The notes: a model not told the origin generated them from the letters alone. 64,000 bases of DNA from Octopus sinensis (GCF_006345805.1 NC_043006.1:22320001-22384000); one strand, 5' to 3'; positions 14,415 to 27,567 are shown, numbered from the stretch's first letter. Numbers and translations: made by a program.

Positions 14415-14872
14415 CTCTACCTGGGATGTAGCGAGTCCGCTTATGCATACCTTTCCTTCTTGGGACACAAAACTCTACTTGCGAAGACCAGTTGAGGCAA
14501 GTGAAATCGAAATCGAAATCGATCAAAATCAATGGAAATTGTAGTTGTGATACAAGTGCCGGTGGCACGTAAGAGAACCATCTGAACGTGGCCGTTGCCA
14601 GCGCCGCCCCGTCTGGCCTCCGTGCTGGTGGCACGTAAAAAGCTCCCACCAATTGTGGCCGTTGCCAGCCTCGTCTGGCACCTGTGCCAGTGGCACGTAA
14701 AAAGCACCCACTACACTCACAGAATGGCTGGCGTTAGGAAGGGCATCTGGCTGTAGAAACACTGCCAGATCAGACTGAGCCTGATGCAGCCTCCTGGCTT
14801 CCCAGACCCCAGTTGAACCGTCCAACCCATGTTAGCATGGAAAGCGGACGTTAAACGATGATGATGATGATG
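14415..14872 (+). mobile_element. RTE 3' end/3'UTR with tandem units and (GAT)n tail
   Basis: gaagacc.gttgaggcaagtgaaatc ORF end, repeated units, conserved tail. Confidence 0.75.
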
Positions 14873-15184
14873 TTTTTCTGTATCAGTAATAGCTGAATTT
14901 ATCTAAGCATGCAGTTTATTGTGGATGGATACTTGTTACTGATATTCCAAGAAGCAAAAATCTAAATTTAGCAATTCCTTAACTAATGTTTAATATTTTC
15001 CATCACTACTGATATAATTCTGTACCTTTGTTTTAGCACTATATGTCTATACTAAATGCTTTCTTGAGATAAACATCACAGTTTTATGGCTTTCTACTGC
15101 ATATCCATGTTAAGTAAGATATCATCATTATCATCATTATCACCACCACCACCATCACCACACCCACCACCATCATCATCATCA

Positions 15185-15570
15185 TCATCAAGATTCCTTA
15201 ACTGATGCAATCAGTCATTGGGATGCCACTCTAGATGCTTTCATGATCAGCCATCACCAGTGGTTCAGTTCTCTGTCATGCATAACAGTTGACTGTGCTG
15301 TAATCTGCCAAGTCCTTGATTTGTCAAACCAGGATTTTCTGTCTGCCTCTCTTTCACCCTCCCTCAACTGTGTCCCAGAGAATGGTTTTGGCTAAGGAGT
15401 TGTGACCGGATACATGACCATACCTGGCAAGCTTCCATCTTTTTACCTGCAGAAGCTGATCCTTATACGAAATGCTAAATAAATAGTTATATTGACAAAC
15501 ATGATATGCCAATCTGCCCAAGACTACATTTAGCTCTATGATACAAATTTTATTTTGTAAAGTGATATAA
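15185..15570 (-). pseudogene. Degenerate RTE LINE C-terminal fragment
   Basis: KRWKLARYGHVSGHNSLAKTILWDTVEGG, similar to RTE GHV.RH.SL.KTILQG.VEG.R.RGR. Confidence 0.75.
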
Positions 15571-15854
15571 ATTGAAACTTTCCATGCAACTTTCATGTTA
15601 ATTTATGCTCCAAACATCATCTTAATAAATGACAATGTTATTTTTCTAAATAGTGTACTTCAAAAGACAGGAACTTTCTAAAGCCACATTAGAATAAAGA
15701 ATTCAAAATAAGAAGTCTAAGAGTCAAAGTTTTTAATCTGGGGCCCATGAGAAATGTTTCTTTATAAAGATATGTCAAAAACAGCAATGAAATAAATTTG
15801 CAATAAGTCAAAGGGAAGACTTCAAACTTCTTTTCACTATCATAGAATTATGAG

Positions 15855-16550
15855 TCTGACAAAACGCATGTTGTTTCACCAGAGGGCTTTGTTAGGGACT
15901 GATGAAGGTAGTGTGATTTGGATGGTGGAGAGATGACTGCACTGGTATAGTCATGTGATGCATATGGACAATAACAGCTGTGTGAAGTGCCAAACACTAA
16001 TGGTGGAGGGAACCTGCGGAAGAGGTAAACCCAGGAAGACATAGGATGAGGTGGTGAAGCATGATCTTTAAATGTTGGGCCTCATGGAGGCAATGATAAG
16101 TGACTGAGACCTTTGGGACCTTTGGCAATATGCTGTGCTTGAAAAGACCCCATGAAGCCAAATGAAATCATAGTCATGACCAATGTGTTGTGTAGCTGGC
16201 ACCTGTGCTGGTGGTACACAAAAAGCACTGTTTGAACATTGGGCCTCATTGAGGCAGTGACAAGTGACCGAGACCTTGGTGATGTACCATGTGTGAGAAG
16301 ACCTGTCAAGCCAAGTGAGATCACAGTCGTGGCTAATGCTAATGTTACGTAACTGGCACCCGGGCTGGTGGCATGAGAAAAGCACCCATTACCATCTCGG
16401 AGTGGTTGGCATTAGGAAGGGCATCCACCCGTAGAAACCATGCCAAATCAGATTGGAACCTCATGCAGCTTACCAGCTTCCAGTCAAACCATCCAACCCA
16501 TGCCAGCATGGCAAATAGATATTAAATGATGATGATGATGATGATGATGT
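15855..16550 (+). mobile_element. RTE (BovB-like) LINE 3' end with duplicated ORF end and full 3'UTR
   Basis: LHWYSHVM.MD..SCVKCQTLMVEGTCGRGKPRKT.DEVVKHDL motif with stops; ORF end duplicated at ~16235-16330; continues into the common (GAT)n tail. Confidence 0.85.
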
Positions 16551-16959
16551 AGAAGGATGGATACATAGGTACAGAATGGTTGGATACACAAATGACAGGG
16601 TATGGTGGTGGAGAAGGTGAGGGCGTAAAGTGTCAAAAATGGTGGGGGGGGCGGGGGGGCAGGAAGGCAGTGTATGAAAAAGGTCATTGAGGAATGGTTG
16701 GTGTCAGTAAGTGATGTGGAAGTGTTTATAAAATGGGAGTGGGATTTTGGTGTCGTTGGTTCTAGAAACAGGAGAGGTCAGAGGAGTGGATGTTTGCTAA
16801 TTTGTGTGTGTGTGTGTGAGTGTATGTGTATGCACACATGTGTGTGTGTGTATAAAGGAAAGTTAACCTCAGCAGGTTTTGAGTTCAGAGAACCAGAATA
16901 AACACTTGCAATGCATGTTGTCTGATGTTCTAATAACTATGCCAAACCACTTACACCAA

Positions 16960-17081
16960 CACAGACAGACACACACACACACACACAGACACACACACAC
17001 AGACAGACACACACACAGAGACAGACACACACACAGAGACAGACACACATACAGACAGACACACACACAGACAGACAGACA

Positions 17082-17118
<37 letters not shown>

Positions 17119-17123
17119 GACAG

Positions 17124-17156
<33 letters not shown>

Positions 17157-17295
17157 CACCACACAGACAGACAAACACACACAGACAGACAGATACACCC
17201 ACACACACAGACAAACACACACACACAGACAGACACACCCACACACACACACACACACGCACACACACAAACACACACACACGCACACACACACT
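16960..17295. repeat. (CA)n/(CAGA)n compound microsatellite
   Basis: Directly visible. Confidence 0.95.
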
Positions 17296-17399
17296 CAGAG
17301 GTCAGCACATTAAACTGTTTCGTTTAAAAGATTTTTTTATATCGTTAATAATAATTTTTTAATTTACAGAAATATTTCTTCAAAGATGTCTTTTATCGT

Positions 17400-17589
17400 T
17401 TAACCTTTAGTTGTTTCAGTCATTAGACTGTGGCCATGCTGGAGCACCACTTTAAAGAACTTTTAGTCAAATGAATTGGTCCCAGAACCCATTTGCTTCT
17501 TTTTCTTTAAGCCTTGTACTTATTCCATTGGTCTCTTTGCTGAACTGCTAAGTTACAGGGATGTAAACACACCAACACCTATTGTTAAG

Positions 17590-17623
<34 letters not shown>

Positions 17624-17772
17624 TAATTGACAAGGCCATCAAATCCACTCACAAAGCTTTGGTTGGCACGAGGCTCTAGTAGAAGACACTTGCCCAAAGT
17701 TTCACATAGTGGGACTGAACCCAGAACCAGTTGGTTAGGAAGAGAACTTCTTACCACACATCCATGCCTGCA
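17400..17772 (-). mobile_element. SINE family A
   Basis: Matches the 28347-28745 family. Confidence 0.8.
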
Positions 17773-17914
17773 CTTATATTATTAATAGTTTTTAATTTAA
17801 GGAAATCTTGCCTAGCCTTAATTCACAAATAAAGAAATTATGTCCACCAATGAGGTGTTGACCACTCATATCCATTGTTTGACATTTACGTATATAAATA
17901 TATACATATATACT

Positions 17915-17918
17915 CATA

Positions 17919-17968
<50 letters not shown>

Positions 17969-18560
17969 CATCATCATCATCGTTTAACGTCCGCTTTCCA
18001 TGCTAGCATGGGTTGGACGATTTTGACTGAGGGCTGGTGAACCAGATGGTTGCACCAAGCTCCAATCTTCATTTGGCAGTGTTTCTACAGCTGGATGCCC
18101 TTCCTAATGCCAACAACTCCAAGAGTGTAGTGGGTGCTTTTTACGTGCCACCGGCATGGGGGCCAGTCAGGTGGTACTGGCAACGAACCTCACTCGATCT
18201 TTTTACACATGCCACCAGCACAGGTGCCAGTAAGGCGACTTTGGTAACGATCCCGCTCGAATGATGCCCTTTTACGTGCCACTGGCACGGAAGCCACTTG
18301 GCTGCTCTGGCAACGATCACACTCGGATGGTGCTTTTGGCACCCTACTAGCACGGGCACAAGTGCCAGTAAGGCGACTTTGGTAACGATCATGCTCGAAT
18401 GGTGCCTTTTAAGTGCCACTGGCATGGAAGCTGGTTAGCCGCTCTGTCAATGATCACACTCGTATGGTGCTCTTTGCACCCTGCCCACGGACGCCAGTCA
18501 TCGAATTTGATTTTGCTTTTGCTTTTGATTTATTTGATTTCACTTGCCTCAACAGGTCTT
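17915..18560 (-). mobile_element. RTE 3'UTR with ~5 internal tandem units
   Basis: (CAT)n at 17915, conserved tail, repeated ctttttacgtgccac / gtaaggcgactttggtaacgatc units. Confidence 0.8.
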
Positions 18561-19788
18561 CGCACAAAGAAGGAAAGGTCACGCACAAGTGGGCTGGTTA
18601 CGCCCCTGGCATAGGCCATGTGATTATGGTTTCATTTGGCTTAGGCAGTATTTAGTTAAAATAACTATGTATCAAACCTTACGCCTACAGTCTGTCTATA
18701 GACCAATTCCTGCAAAGTATTTGTCCTGGTTTTGCAGAGTTAAATACATGCATTTATAGAGTGTTAAATACTTTTGGTATGCAAATTAGAAAACCCTTCA
18801 TAGAGTAACTGCTGCATTTGTTGAGTATATATACAGTTTGGCTGGTTGTTTTCCTGGAGACTGTCAGCATAGTGCAGATGCTTCTGATGAGAACTCAGTA
18901 AGGTTTGAAAATTGATTAAGACTATTCATCATTTTTTTTTCAGTCCATGAAGAAATGGCTAAAAATTTTTCCCTGTTTATAATTATACCATATGTTACAT
19001 AATAAATATCTGAGATAAACGAAAATTTGTTCCAGCAACACAAATAACCAGAAAGAGTGCCAGATTTATCTTTTAGATCAATTCAATGGTGCGTATTTTT
19101 AGGACAGATGCCCTTTCCTTCTGCTGTCCCCTCACTGATTTCCAAACAAGGTAATATTTCTCTGTGACCAGACATGTTTTCATGGAAGATTGAGAAATGA
19201 GGGTTACCACTTTTATGGAGATGATGATCATTAACAACTATCAGATGGTAAACACACAAACACATAATTTTTACTTCCTTCTCAACCACATGGTTCTGGG
19301 TTCAGTCCCACTGCATGGCATCTTGGGCAAGTGTCTTCTATTATAATCTCGGGCCAATCAAAGCCTTGGTAGAGGAAAACTGAAAGAATCCTGTCATGTG
19401 ATCGCATGTGTACCGTTGGCGATTTTTTTCCTCTGTCTTCCCTTCTCTGGATCTTTCCTTCCCCTATGTTTCCAACGAAGAGCTCCGCTTGAAATGTTAA
19501 ACCCTCCTTCTTTCCTGCTTTCCTGAGCGTCCAATAATACTATATTTGTTCCACGTCACCAAATAAAAGGAATTTTTATTTTAATTTTAAATACCTACTG
19601 TTTGATTACTTGGCAACACGTGTTTCATGAGGTACATCCTCGGGTCCCTAAACCACTCCGTGTTTCCCTGGAACCCCTCTCGAAATGCAACCCCAATCAT
19701 CAGGCCCTTATATAACTTTATCAACGTTCAATACAATAAACTATATTTTAATTTTTTAAAGCCCTTAAGTATGTGTGTGTGTGTGTGT

Positions 19789-20152
19789 GTGGAGGCGCAA
19801 TGGTCCAGAGGTTAGGGCAGCGAACTCGTGGTCATAGGATCATGGTTTCGATTCCCAGCCTGGGCGTTGTGAGTGTTTATTGAGCAAAAACACCTAAATG
19901 CTCCACGTGGCTCTGGCAGTGGGGTGGTGGAGAACCCTGCTGTACTCTTTCACCACAACTTTCTCTCACTCTTTCTTCCTGTTTCTTTCTGTTGTACCTG
20001 AATTTCAAAGGGCCAGCCTTGTCACTCTCTGTATCACACTGAATCTCCCCGAGAACTACATTAAGGGGTACACGTGTCTGTGGAGTGCTCAGCCACTTGC
20101 ACGTTAATTTCACGAGCAGGCTGTTCCATTGATCGGACCAACTGGAACCCTT
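19789..20152 (+). mobile_element. tRNA-derived SINE, family D (tail type 1)
   Basis: gtggaggcgcaatggtccagaggttagggcagcg..ggtttcgattccc head; same as 58002-58340. Confidence 0.85.
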
Positions 20153-20239
20153 GTCCTGAGACAGCCTTTGTGGAAAATGTCTGGTGGGTTAATGTGTCAT
20201 CTATAGGGTATCCACGATTCTGAGTCATGCAAGAGAGCA

Positions 20240-20274
<35 letters not shown>

Positions 20275-20279
<5 letters not shown>

Positions 20280-21075
20280 TAGGTGCAGGTATGGAGGTAA
20301 GAAATTTGTTTCCTAACCAAATGATTCTGTGTTCAGCCCTACTGCAAGGTACCTTGGGCAAAAGGCTTTTACTATAGTCCCAGGTTGACCAAAGCCTTGT
20401 GAGTGGATTTGACTGACGGAAACTGAAATATGTGTGTGTGTTTGTATTTGTGTTTGTCCACCACCACACTTGACAATCGGTGTTGGTTTGTTTATATCCC
20501 CATAACTTACTGGTACAGCACAAAAAGAGACCATTAGAATAAGTACCAGACTTAGAAAAAAAGTAAAAAAGTACCAGGGTCAATTTATTCAACCAGATCC
20601 TTCAAAATGGTGCCCCAGCATGGCCACAGTCTAATAACTGAAACAAGTAAAAGATAAAAGGTAAACACACAGGCGCAGGAGTGGCTGTGTGGTAAGTAGC
20701 TTGCTTACGAGCCACATGGTTCCGGGTTCAGTCCCACTGAGTGGCACCTTGGGCACGTGTCTTCTACTATAGCCTCGGGCCGACCAAAGCCTTTTGAGTG
20801 GATTTGGTAGACAGAAACTGAAAGAAGCCCGTCGTATATATAGAGATATATATGTGTGTGTGTGTGTGTGTGTGTCTTTGTTTGTCCCCCAACATTGCTT
20901 GACAGCCGATGGTGGTATGTTTACGTTCCCGTCACTTAGCGGTTCGGCAAGAGAGGCCGATGGAATAAGTACCAGGCTTACAAAAAATAAGTCCTGGGGG
21001 GGTCGATTTGCTCGATTAAAAGCGGTGTTCCAGCATGGCCACAGTCAAACAACTGTAACAAATAAAAGAATAAAA
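20275..21075 (+). mobile_element. Two tandem SINE family A copies
   Basis: Heads at ~20280 and 20672; each has an internal TA/TG microsatellite and an aaacaagtaaaaga tail. Confidence 0.85.
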
Positions 21076-21365
21076 GAAACACACACACATACACATTCAT
21101 GCATATATAAATGTGCATGTATGTGTATGTGTGTCTGCATCTAAGCAAAAGTCTAGTGCGGAGTGTCTACCTTTCAAATAAAGAATTCAATATGGGTGTC
21201 AAATAGTATATTCGATCCATATTTAGACATATAATCTAACATATTTAGAAATTGTTTCTGCTTGTGCTTCTTTGCAGAATGAAAATATTAGAAATGAAAC
21301 TGAATAGAATACTGAAGTGGCTGCTCTATCCAAAAGCAATGGGTATCCTGAACAAGACACTAGAC

Positions 21366-21989
21366 CAGTGGTTTTCAACCAGGGTTCCGCGGAACCTTAG
21401 GGTTCTGCCAGTACAGTCCAGGGGTTCTGCAAGAAGTTACAAAACTGCTAAAATCGGCAGTAATTTTTAAATCTCCTGTGCAGATATACTCTTTACTCTT
21501 TTACTTGTTTCAGTCATATGACTGCGGCCATGCTGGAGCACCGCCTTTAGTCGAGCAAATCGACCTTGGGACTTATTCTTTGTAAGCCCAGTACTTATTC
21601 TATCGGTCTCTTTTGCCGAACCGCTAAGTGACGGGGATGTAAACACACCAGCATCGGTTGTCAAGCAATGCTAGGGGGACAAACACAGACACACAAACAC
21701 ACACACATATATATATACATATATACGACAGGCTTCTTTCAGTTTCTGTCTACCAAATCCACTCACAAGGCATTGGTCGGCCCGGGGCTATAGCAGAAGA
21801 CACTTGCCCAAGATGCCACGCAGTGGGACTGAACCCGGAACCATGTGGTTGGTTAGCAAGTTACTTACCACACAGCCACTCCTGCGCCTTATGTGTGCAT
21901 AAGTCTATTAAATTATTGCACAGGGGTTCCTCGAGCCAGTGGAATGTTTCCTTGGGGTTCCGCTCCAGCAAAAAGTTTGAAAAGCACTA
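21366..21989. mobile_element. hAT (Charlie/Buster-type) MITE with a nested SINE A (21487-21888, minus)
   Basis: TIRs cagtggttttcaacc / agtttgaaaagcacta; perfect 8-bp TSD cactagac at 21358-21365 and 21990-21997. Confidence 0.9.
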
Positions 21990-22178
21990 CACTAGACTGT
22001 GTCCACTGGTGAGGCTCCAGCTAGGAAGTTCAAGAAATTTGTGGGTGCGTTAGGAAAGGCATTCAGCCATAAAAAAACCAAGCCAATACAGATGACTGGA
22101 GTCTGGGACAGCTCTCTGGCTTACCATCTCTAACCAAACTGTCTAACCAAGGCCAGCATGGGAAACGGATGTTAAATA

Positions 22179-22271
<93 letters not shown>

Positions 22272-22789
22272 TTATTGGTCTACTTAGTCGTGTCACATTG
22301 AGGTCCATTCTGGTTTCGGGGGGCAGCACTTCTCAAGGGCCTCGAAAAGGGTCAAATAGCACAAGATATTCTTGTGGTTAGGGGACACAAGGCTGAAAGT
22401 ATGGTCTCTAATCATGTGACACATTGGCCCGCGCAAGTCCACACTGGCCCACAAAACTATGGACATGACCTGATGCCATGAGTATTAGTTCCTATATCTA
22501 AATGTTGTAGAACTTGTGCCACAAGGGCAAGAGCAGGAGAGCAAGAGCAGGGGAGCAAGAGCAGGAGAGCAAGTGACCAGCAGACTTAGCAGTCAATGAT
22601 AAACCAACAGAAAGTATTTTTACCTATTACTTTTTCTGTTTTGCAGTGGTATTAAACTGAAGACTACATGGGTGAGGAACAAGCCTCTTTAACCATACAG
22701 CCACGGCTGTGTCTAGAAAAATCATGAATCTTCAGACTTTGACATGAAGATCTATGATTAATGATGCCCATAGGAGCCTGATACATGAT

Positions 22790-22901
22790 GACAGAGAGAG
22801 AGAGAGAGAGAGAGAGAGGAACACAGGGAGACACAGAAAGATAGACAGAGACAGACCGACCGATACAGAAAGAGAGAGAGAAAGGCAGATGGGCAGAAGG
22901 C

Positions 22902-22974
<73 letters not shown>

Positions 22975-23025
22975 TACAGACAGATTGACAGGCAGACAGA
23001 CAGACAGGCAGAAGTCAGGCAGACT

Positions 23026-23099
<74 letters not shown>

Positions 23100-23167
23100 T
23101 AGACAGACATACAGACAGATAGACAGGCAGACAGACAGACAGACAGGCAGAAGTCAGGCAGACTGGC

Positions 23168-23198
<31 letters not shown>

Positions 23199-23250
23199 CA
23201 GACAGGCAGAAGGCAGGCAGACTGGCAGAGAGAAAGAGAGAGAGAGACTA
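22790..23250. repeat. (AG)n/(AGAC)n compound microsatellite with higher-order gacaggcagaagtcaggcagactggca repeat
   Basis: Directly visible. Confidence 0.9.
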
Positions 23251-23699
23251 ATGGGTGTGAAATAGAGACTGATGGACAAATGACCTTTAGAATAGGCAGG
23301 AGCTTATTAGCTTATTAGTCGAGAGGGCTGTGAATAGAAAATTCCATAAGACTATCAAGGAAAGAATAGGGGGCTTGCCCTGTTTCCTGAGAGTCAAACA
23401 TGCAAAACGAAATCGCAAAGCCTCAACGCGGAGTAAGGGAGATAACTTCGTAGCCATTCCAAGGTAAAAACTATGTGCTTTTGACTTATTAGAATTTTTG
23501 CAATGTCTAAGTAGAAATAAAACAATCCTAATACAATTTATATACAACAGGTAACACTTCCCTATGGTTCGTTTCCTCTTTATTTATGTAATATATACTA
23601 TCATATTTTATTCTACGCACATGTATGTACGCACGCGCGTGTGTATGTATATATATATATGTATGTATATGTATGTATATATATGTATGTATCTGTATG

Positions 23700-23750
<51 letters not shown>

Positions 23751-23759
23751 TATATATGT

Positions 23760-23951
23760 AGTACTACTTACGAAGAATGGTCCCGGTGCGCGCACTCGCG
23801 TACTCGTGCATCCGCGCTAGCTAGTCGTAACTAGTCGATCCTTTGTGTTTTATTCACTTTGCTAGGTAGTCGTTGTAGGATCGACTAGTCACGACTAGCT
23901 AGCGCGAGTACGCGAGTGCGCGCACCGGGACCACTCTTCTTAAGTAGTACC
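23760..23951. mobile_element. CpG-rich palindromic MITE-like element in (TA)n
   Basis: Arms gtactactta.gaaga.tggtcccggtgcgcgcactcgcgtactcg...gctagctagtcgt.actagtcgatcct are reverse-complementary around an AT-rich spacer. Confidence 0.8.
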
Positions 23952-23957
23952 TATATA

Positions 23958-24011
<54 letters not shown>

Positions 24012-24274
24012 TACATGCATATGTATGTACACACGCATATATGTATGTGTGTGTATGTATTTATTTATCTATACATACGTAAGCATGTATATACATTTAC
24101 GCACACCTACGTACGTGCGTTCATACGGATGTATATATACTTATACATAACTGCATTGTCCTCTGTGTCCCTTGTTAATTTAAGATGCTAGGGTGTGATT
24201 TGAAAGAAACTGCTATTTCTAGCAGATCAAAATTAACCACGTAGAGGCCTTCCCTCATCTGCTTGAAATAAACA

Positions 24275-24305
<31 letters not shown>

Positions 24306-24347
24306 TGTTGTTTTTGTTGTTGTTGTTGTTGTTTGTTGTTGTTTGTT

Positions 24348-24389
<42 letters not shown>

Positions 24390-24695
24390 ACTTTTGTTGT
24401 TATTTAGTCCCAGATCAGATCTGATTCAGCAGATTTATGGTGGAAAGCAAATCCAGTTTGCGAGTATCCCATCTTTTTTGGTTGGTTTTATTTGAGGGAT
24501 ATTTAGTTGTTATTTCCAGAAGGTCAAATGACCTTATATATATATATATAAAAGCTACCTTGCTGAAGAAGACTGAGACCAGCCAATATCCTTTGTAGTC
24601 CACCTTAAACGAGCAAAAACATTGTTAGGCATTGATACAGAGTAGCTAGACATGATTACACTCTCATCTGTTAGAAAATAACTCTCTCTCTCTCT

Positions 24696-24737
<42 letters not shown>

Positions 24738-25919
24738 CTATCACTCTCACCCTCTCCTTCTTCCTCTCTCGCTTACAATTTCTATTTTATTCCTCCAAAG
24801 AATTGCTTGGTAAGAGATCTGAGTTACTGCTATTTCATTACTTCAGAGAAATGGTTGGAGTAAGAGGCTCTGAGAGGCATGAGTTACTTAACCATGTTTC
24901 ATACATCTACATTGGGTCTCTCATTCACCATATTCCAGTTAAGCTTTCATCTTCTCTTCTCTTCAATATCCTTGTATCTTTCACCCACCCTTTATTCTTT
25001 TCACTCTATCACACCACTCTGTATAACGAGGGGTGGTATTTGACGTATCCGTATTCAACCACCCCTACCATCAACCATTATTACTATCTCTCTTCCACCA
25101 TCATTCCTTTATCACTCTACCTCATTTCATCATAATGCTTGTGTGGCATGTAATGGATCAAATATGTCCATTATTAATACCCCTTAATGTCAGCCATCTC
25201 TCTCCCTAATGTGACTTCATTGAAATCCACCATTCTTACTTGCCACCACCCATATCTACTGCTGCCCATCATTTGCTTTCTCTCCTATCATGACTTGTCT
25301 TTATTGATATCTAATTATGCTGACTCTCTTGTTTTCTATTCAATATCTTTACCAACAACCAATATGTAGCTGTTATTATCTCTTTCTCATTACTTACTCC
25401 CCTACAATTCCATCACTGTTTCACTCATTACATTCATGCTCGTATTCTCTCCTCTTCTCCATTTTTGGTTACTACTTCTAATTCCATTCTTGATCATGGT
25501 AGGCTTAGAATAATGGTGACAACATTAGTTAGAGAATACACAGGTTAGATATTCCTATATTGATAAACTTAAAAGAGAATTATGAAATCAAGGTTTATGA
25601 AGAAATCAGTAAATATTTACGGAAGATATTAAAAGCTAATGACTTGCAATTAGTCCTGCTGTTAGCAGTAGGAAGACAGCTCGAAAAGTCTATCATGTTC
25701 TATAACTTCTACTACATTAAAAAGCAATGTGATGTCTCCATGGAAAGTTATGATTAGGATGGGGTCACAGACCTCATTGGATTATTTATCCTCGATACGC
25801 TTAAGAAGTGTACAATCTCTCACGGTCTTGCAGTTTCAAACATCATGAACTGCCACACTGTGAATATATCTAAGAGAAATTTAAAGGAAATTAGAAATCT
25901 TCAAAGAGTTTTGTGTAAA

Positions 25920-26145
25920 TCACTAGTGGTTAGAACAGCGGACTCGCCTAAGCTCCATGCAGCTCTGGCAGAAGGTAATGGCGAACTTCTGCTGACTCTT
26001 TCGCCACAACTTGCTCTCACTTTCCTCTTGTAGCTCACCTGTGACGGACCGGTGTCCCATCCAGGTGGGAAACCTATACGCCAAGGAAACCGGGAAACCG
26101 GCCCTTATGAGCTAGGCATGGCTCGAGAAGGAACAAACAACAATA
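25920..26145 (+). mobile_element. SINE family D, internally deleted, tail type 3
   Basis: Head tagtggttagaacagcggactcgc; tail gaaaccgggaaaccggcccttatgag...aacaaacaacaa. Confidence 0.7.
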
Positions 26146-26585
26146 ACGGCGGCACATCAGCATGGTCACAGCTCTGAGCTGAAACTAGAGAAAAAATATA
26201 GCCATCACTACAAATCTAAGCATAACCAACTTCTTAGATATTACTTTAGACTTTACTCTGTAGGGATACAATTAAATAAGTTAATACTTCTCAGACCCCA
26301 GTTGAACCATCCAACCCATGCCAGCATGAAAAGCGGATGCTAAATGATGATGATGATATACATATACGACGGGCTTCTTTCAATTTCCATCTGCCAAATC
26401 CACTCACAAGGCTTTGGTCAGCCCAAGGCTATAGCAGAAGACACTTGCCCAAGATGTCACGCAGTGGGACTGAAACCGGAACCATGTGGTTGGTTAGCAA
26501 GCTACTTACCACACAGCCACTCCTGCGCCTATATATATATATGTATGTATGTGTGTATGTATGTATGTATGTATATACATATATG

Positions 26586-27010
26586 ATTAATAGTTTAAAG
26601 AAAACAGAGAACATACATAGAATAATCACGTTTTTTAATCATAGTGCAGACAAATTAATAAGTTCTTTTTTGCCTTTGTTATATTTCAGCCATTTGTTAG
26701 TATTCATACTCACACTTTAAAGTGTATTATGATGTTATAAACAACGGCCTCTTCTGGGAACACTTAACTGCTATTTTTGCCATTTCTCTCAAATGGAGAA
26801 TTATTGCAACTGAATAAATAGCAGCCAAATATGCTCAGAAGAGGCCGTTGTTTATAATATCATAATGCACTTTAAAGTGCAAGCATGTATACTAACAAAT
26901 GGCCAAAATGTAACGTAGGTAAAAATGAAGAACTTATTAATTTGTCTGCACTATGATTAAAAAACGTGATTAATTTATGTATATTCTCAGGTTTTCTTTA
27001 AGCTATTAAT
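26586..27010. mobile_element. Foldback element, ~425 bp with ~185-bp imperfect arms
   Basis: attaatagtttaaagaaaac...cggcctcttctg mirrored by cagaagaggccg...gttttctttaagctattaat. Confidence 0.8.
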
Positions 27011-27248
27011 TATTTCTCCTTATATAGAAACGAATGAAGTCTCCACAGGGACAACTGGACTTTCAGAAGTGAGAAGTACTAAAAATGGTCAAGCTAACCA
27101 CAAACACTATCACATAAACATATAAATGATATCCAGACACATCAACCAATAATAGCGCAAAACTGGTGTCCGTTTGGATAACATATCCCCTCAAAAAGAC
27201 TTCTTTCCGAAGAAAAAGTTTTTTTTAAAATAAAGGCCTATATAAATA

Positions 27249-27567
27249 TATATATATCACCGTGATCACCGTGACCGACCAGGCTATCAGATGTTGCTAT
27301 ACATCGCTGGTCACAATGCGCTTCGCATTGTTTTAGCCTTCAAATGACGCCACCCCACTGGCTAAGCGAGCAGGTCAACAGAAGAAAGAGTGAGAGAAAG
27401 TTGTGGTGAAAGAGTACGGCAGGGATCACCACCATCCCCTGTCAGAGCCTCGTGGAGCTTTAGGTGTTTTCGCTCAATAAACACTCACAACGCCCGGTCT
27501 GGGAATCGAAACCGCGATCCTACAACCGCGAGTCCGCTGCCCTAACCACTGGGCCATTGCACCTCCA
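27249..27567 (-). mobile_element. SINE family D (tail type 2)
   Basis: Family D head with tail ..gaccagcgatgt.tagcaacatctgatagcctggtcggtcacggtgatcacggtga; also at 43690-43885. Confidence 0.85.

Noticed and set aside
23291-23463. Plus-strand exon candidate (NRQELISLLVERAVNRK...)
   Set aside because: Open frame and a donor, but weak acceptor, no recognisable homology, and it is antisense within the SAT-like intron.
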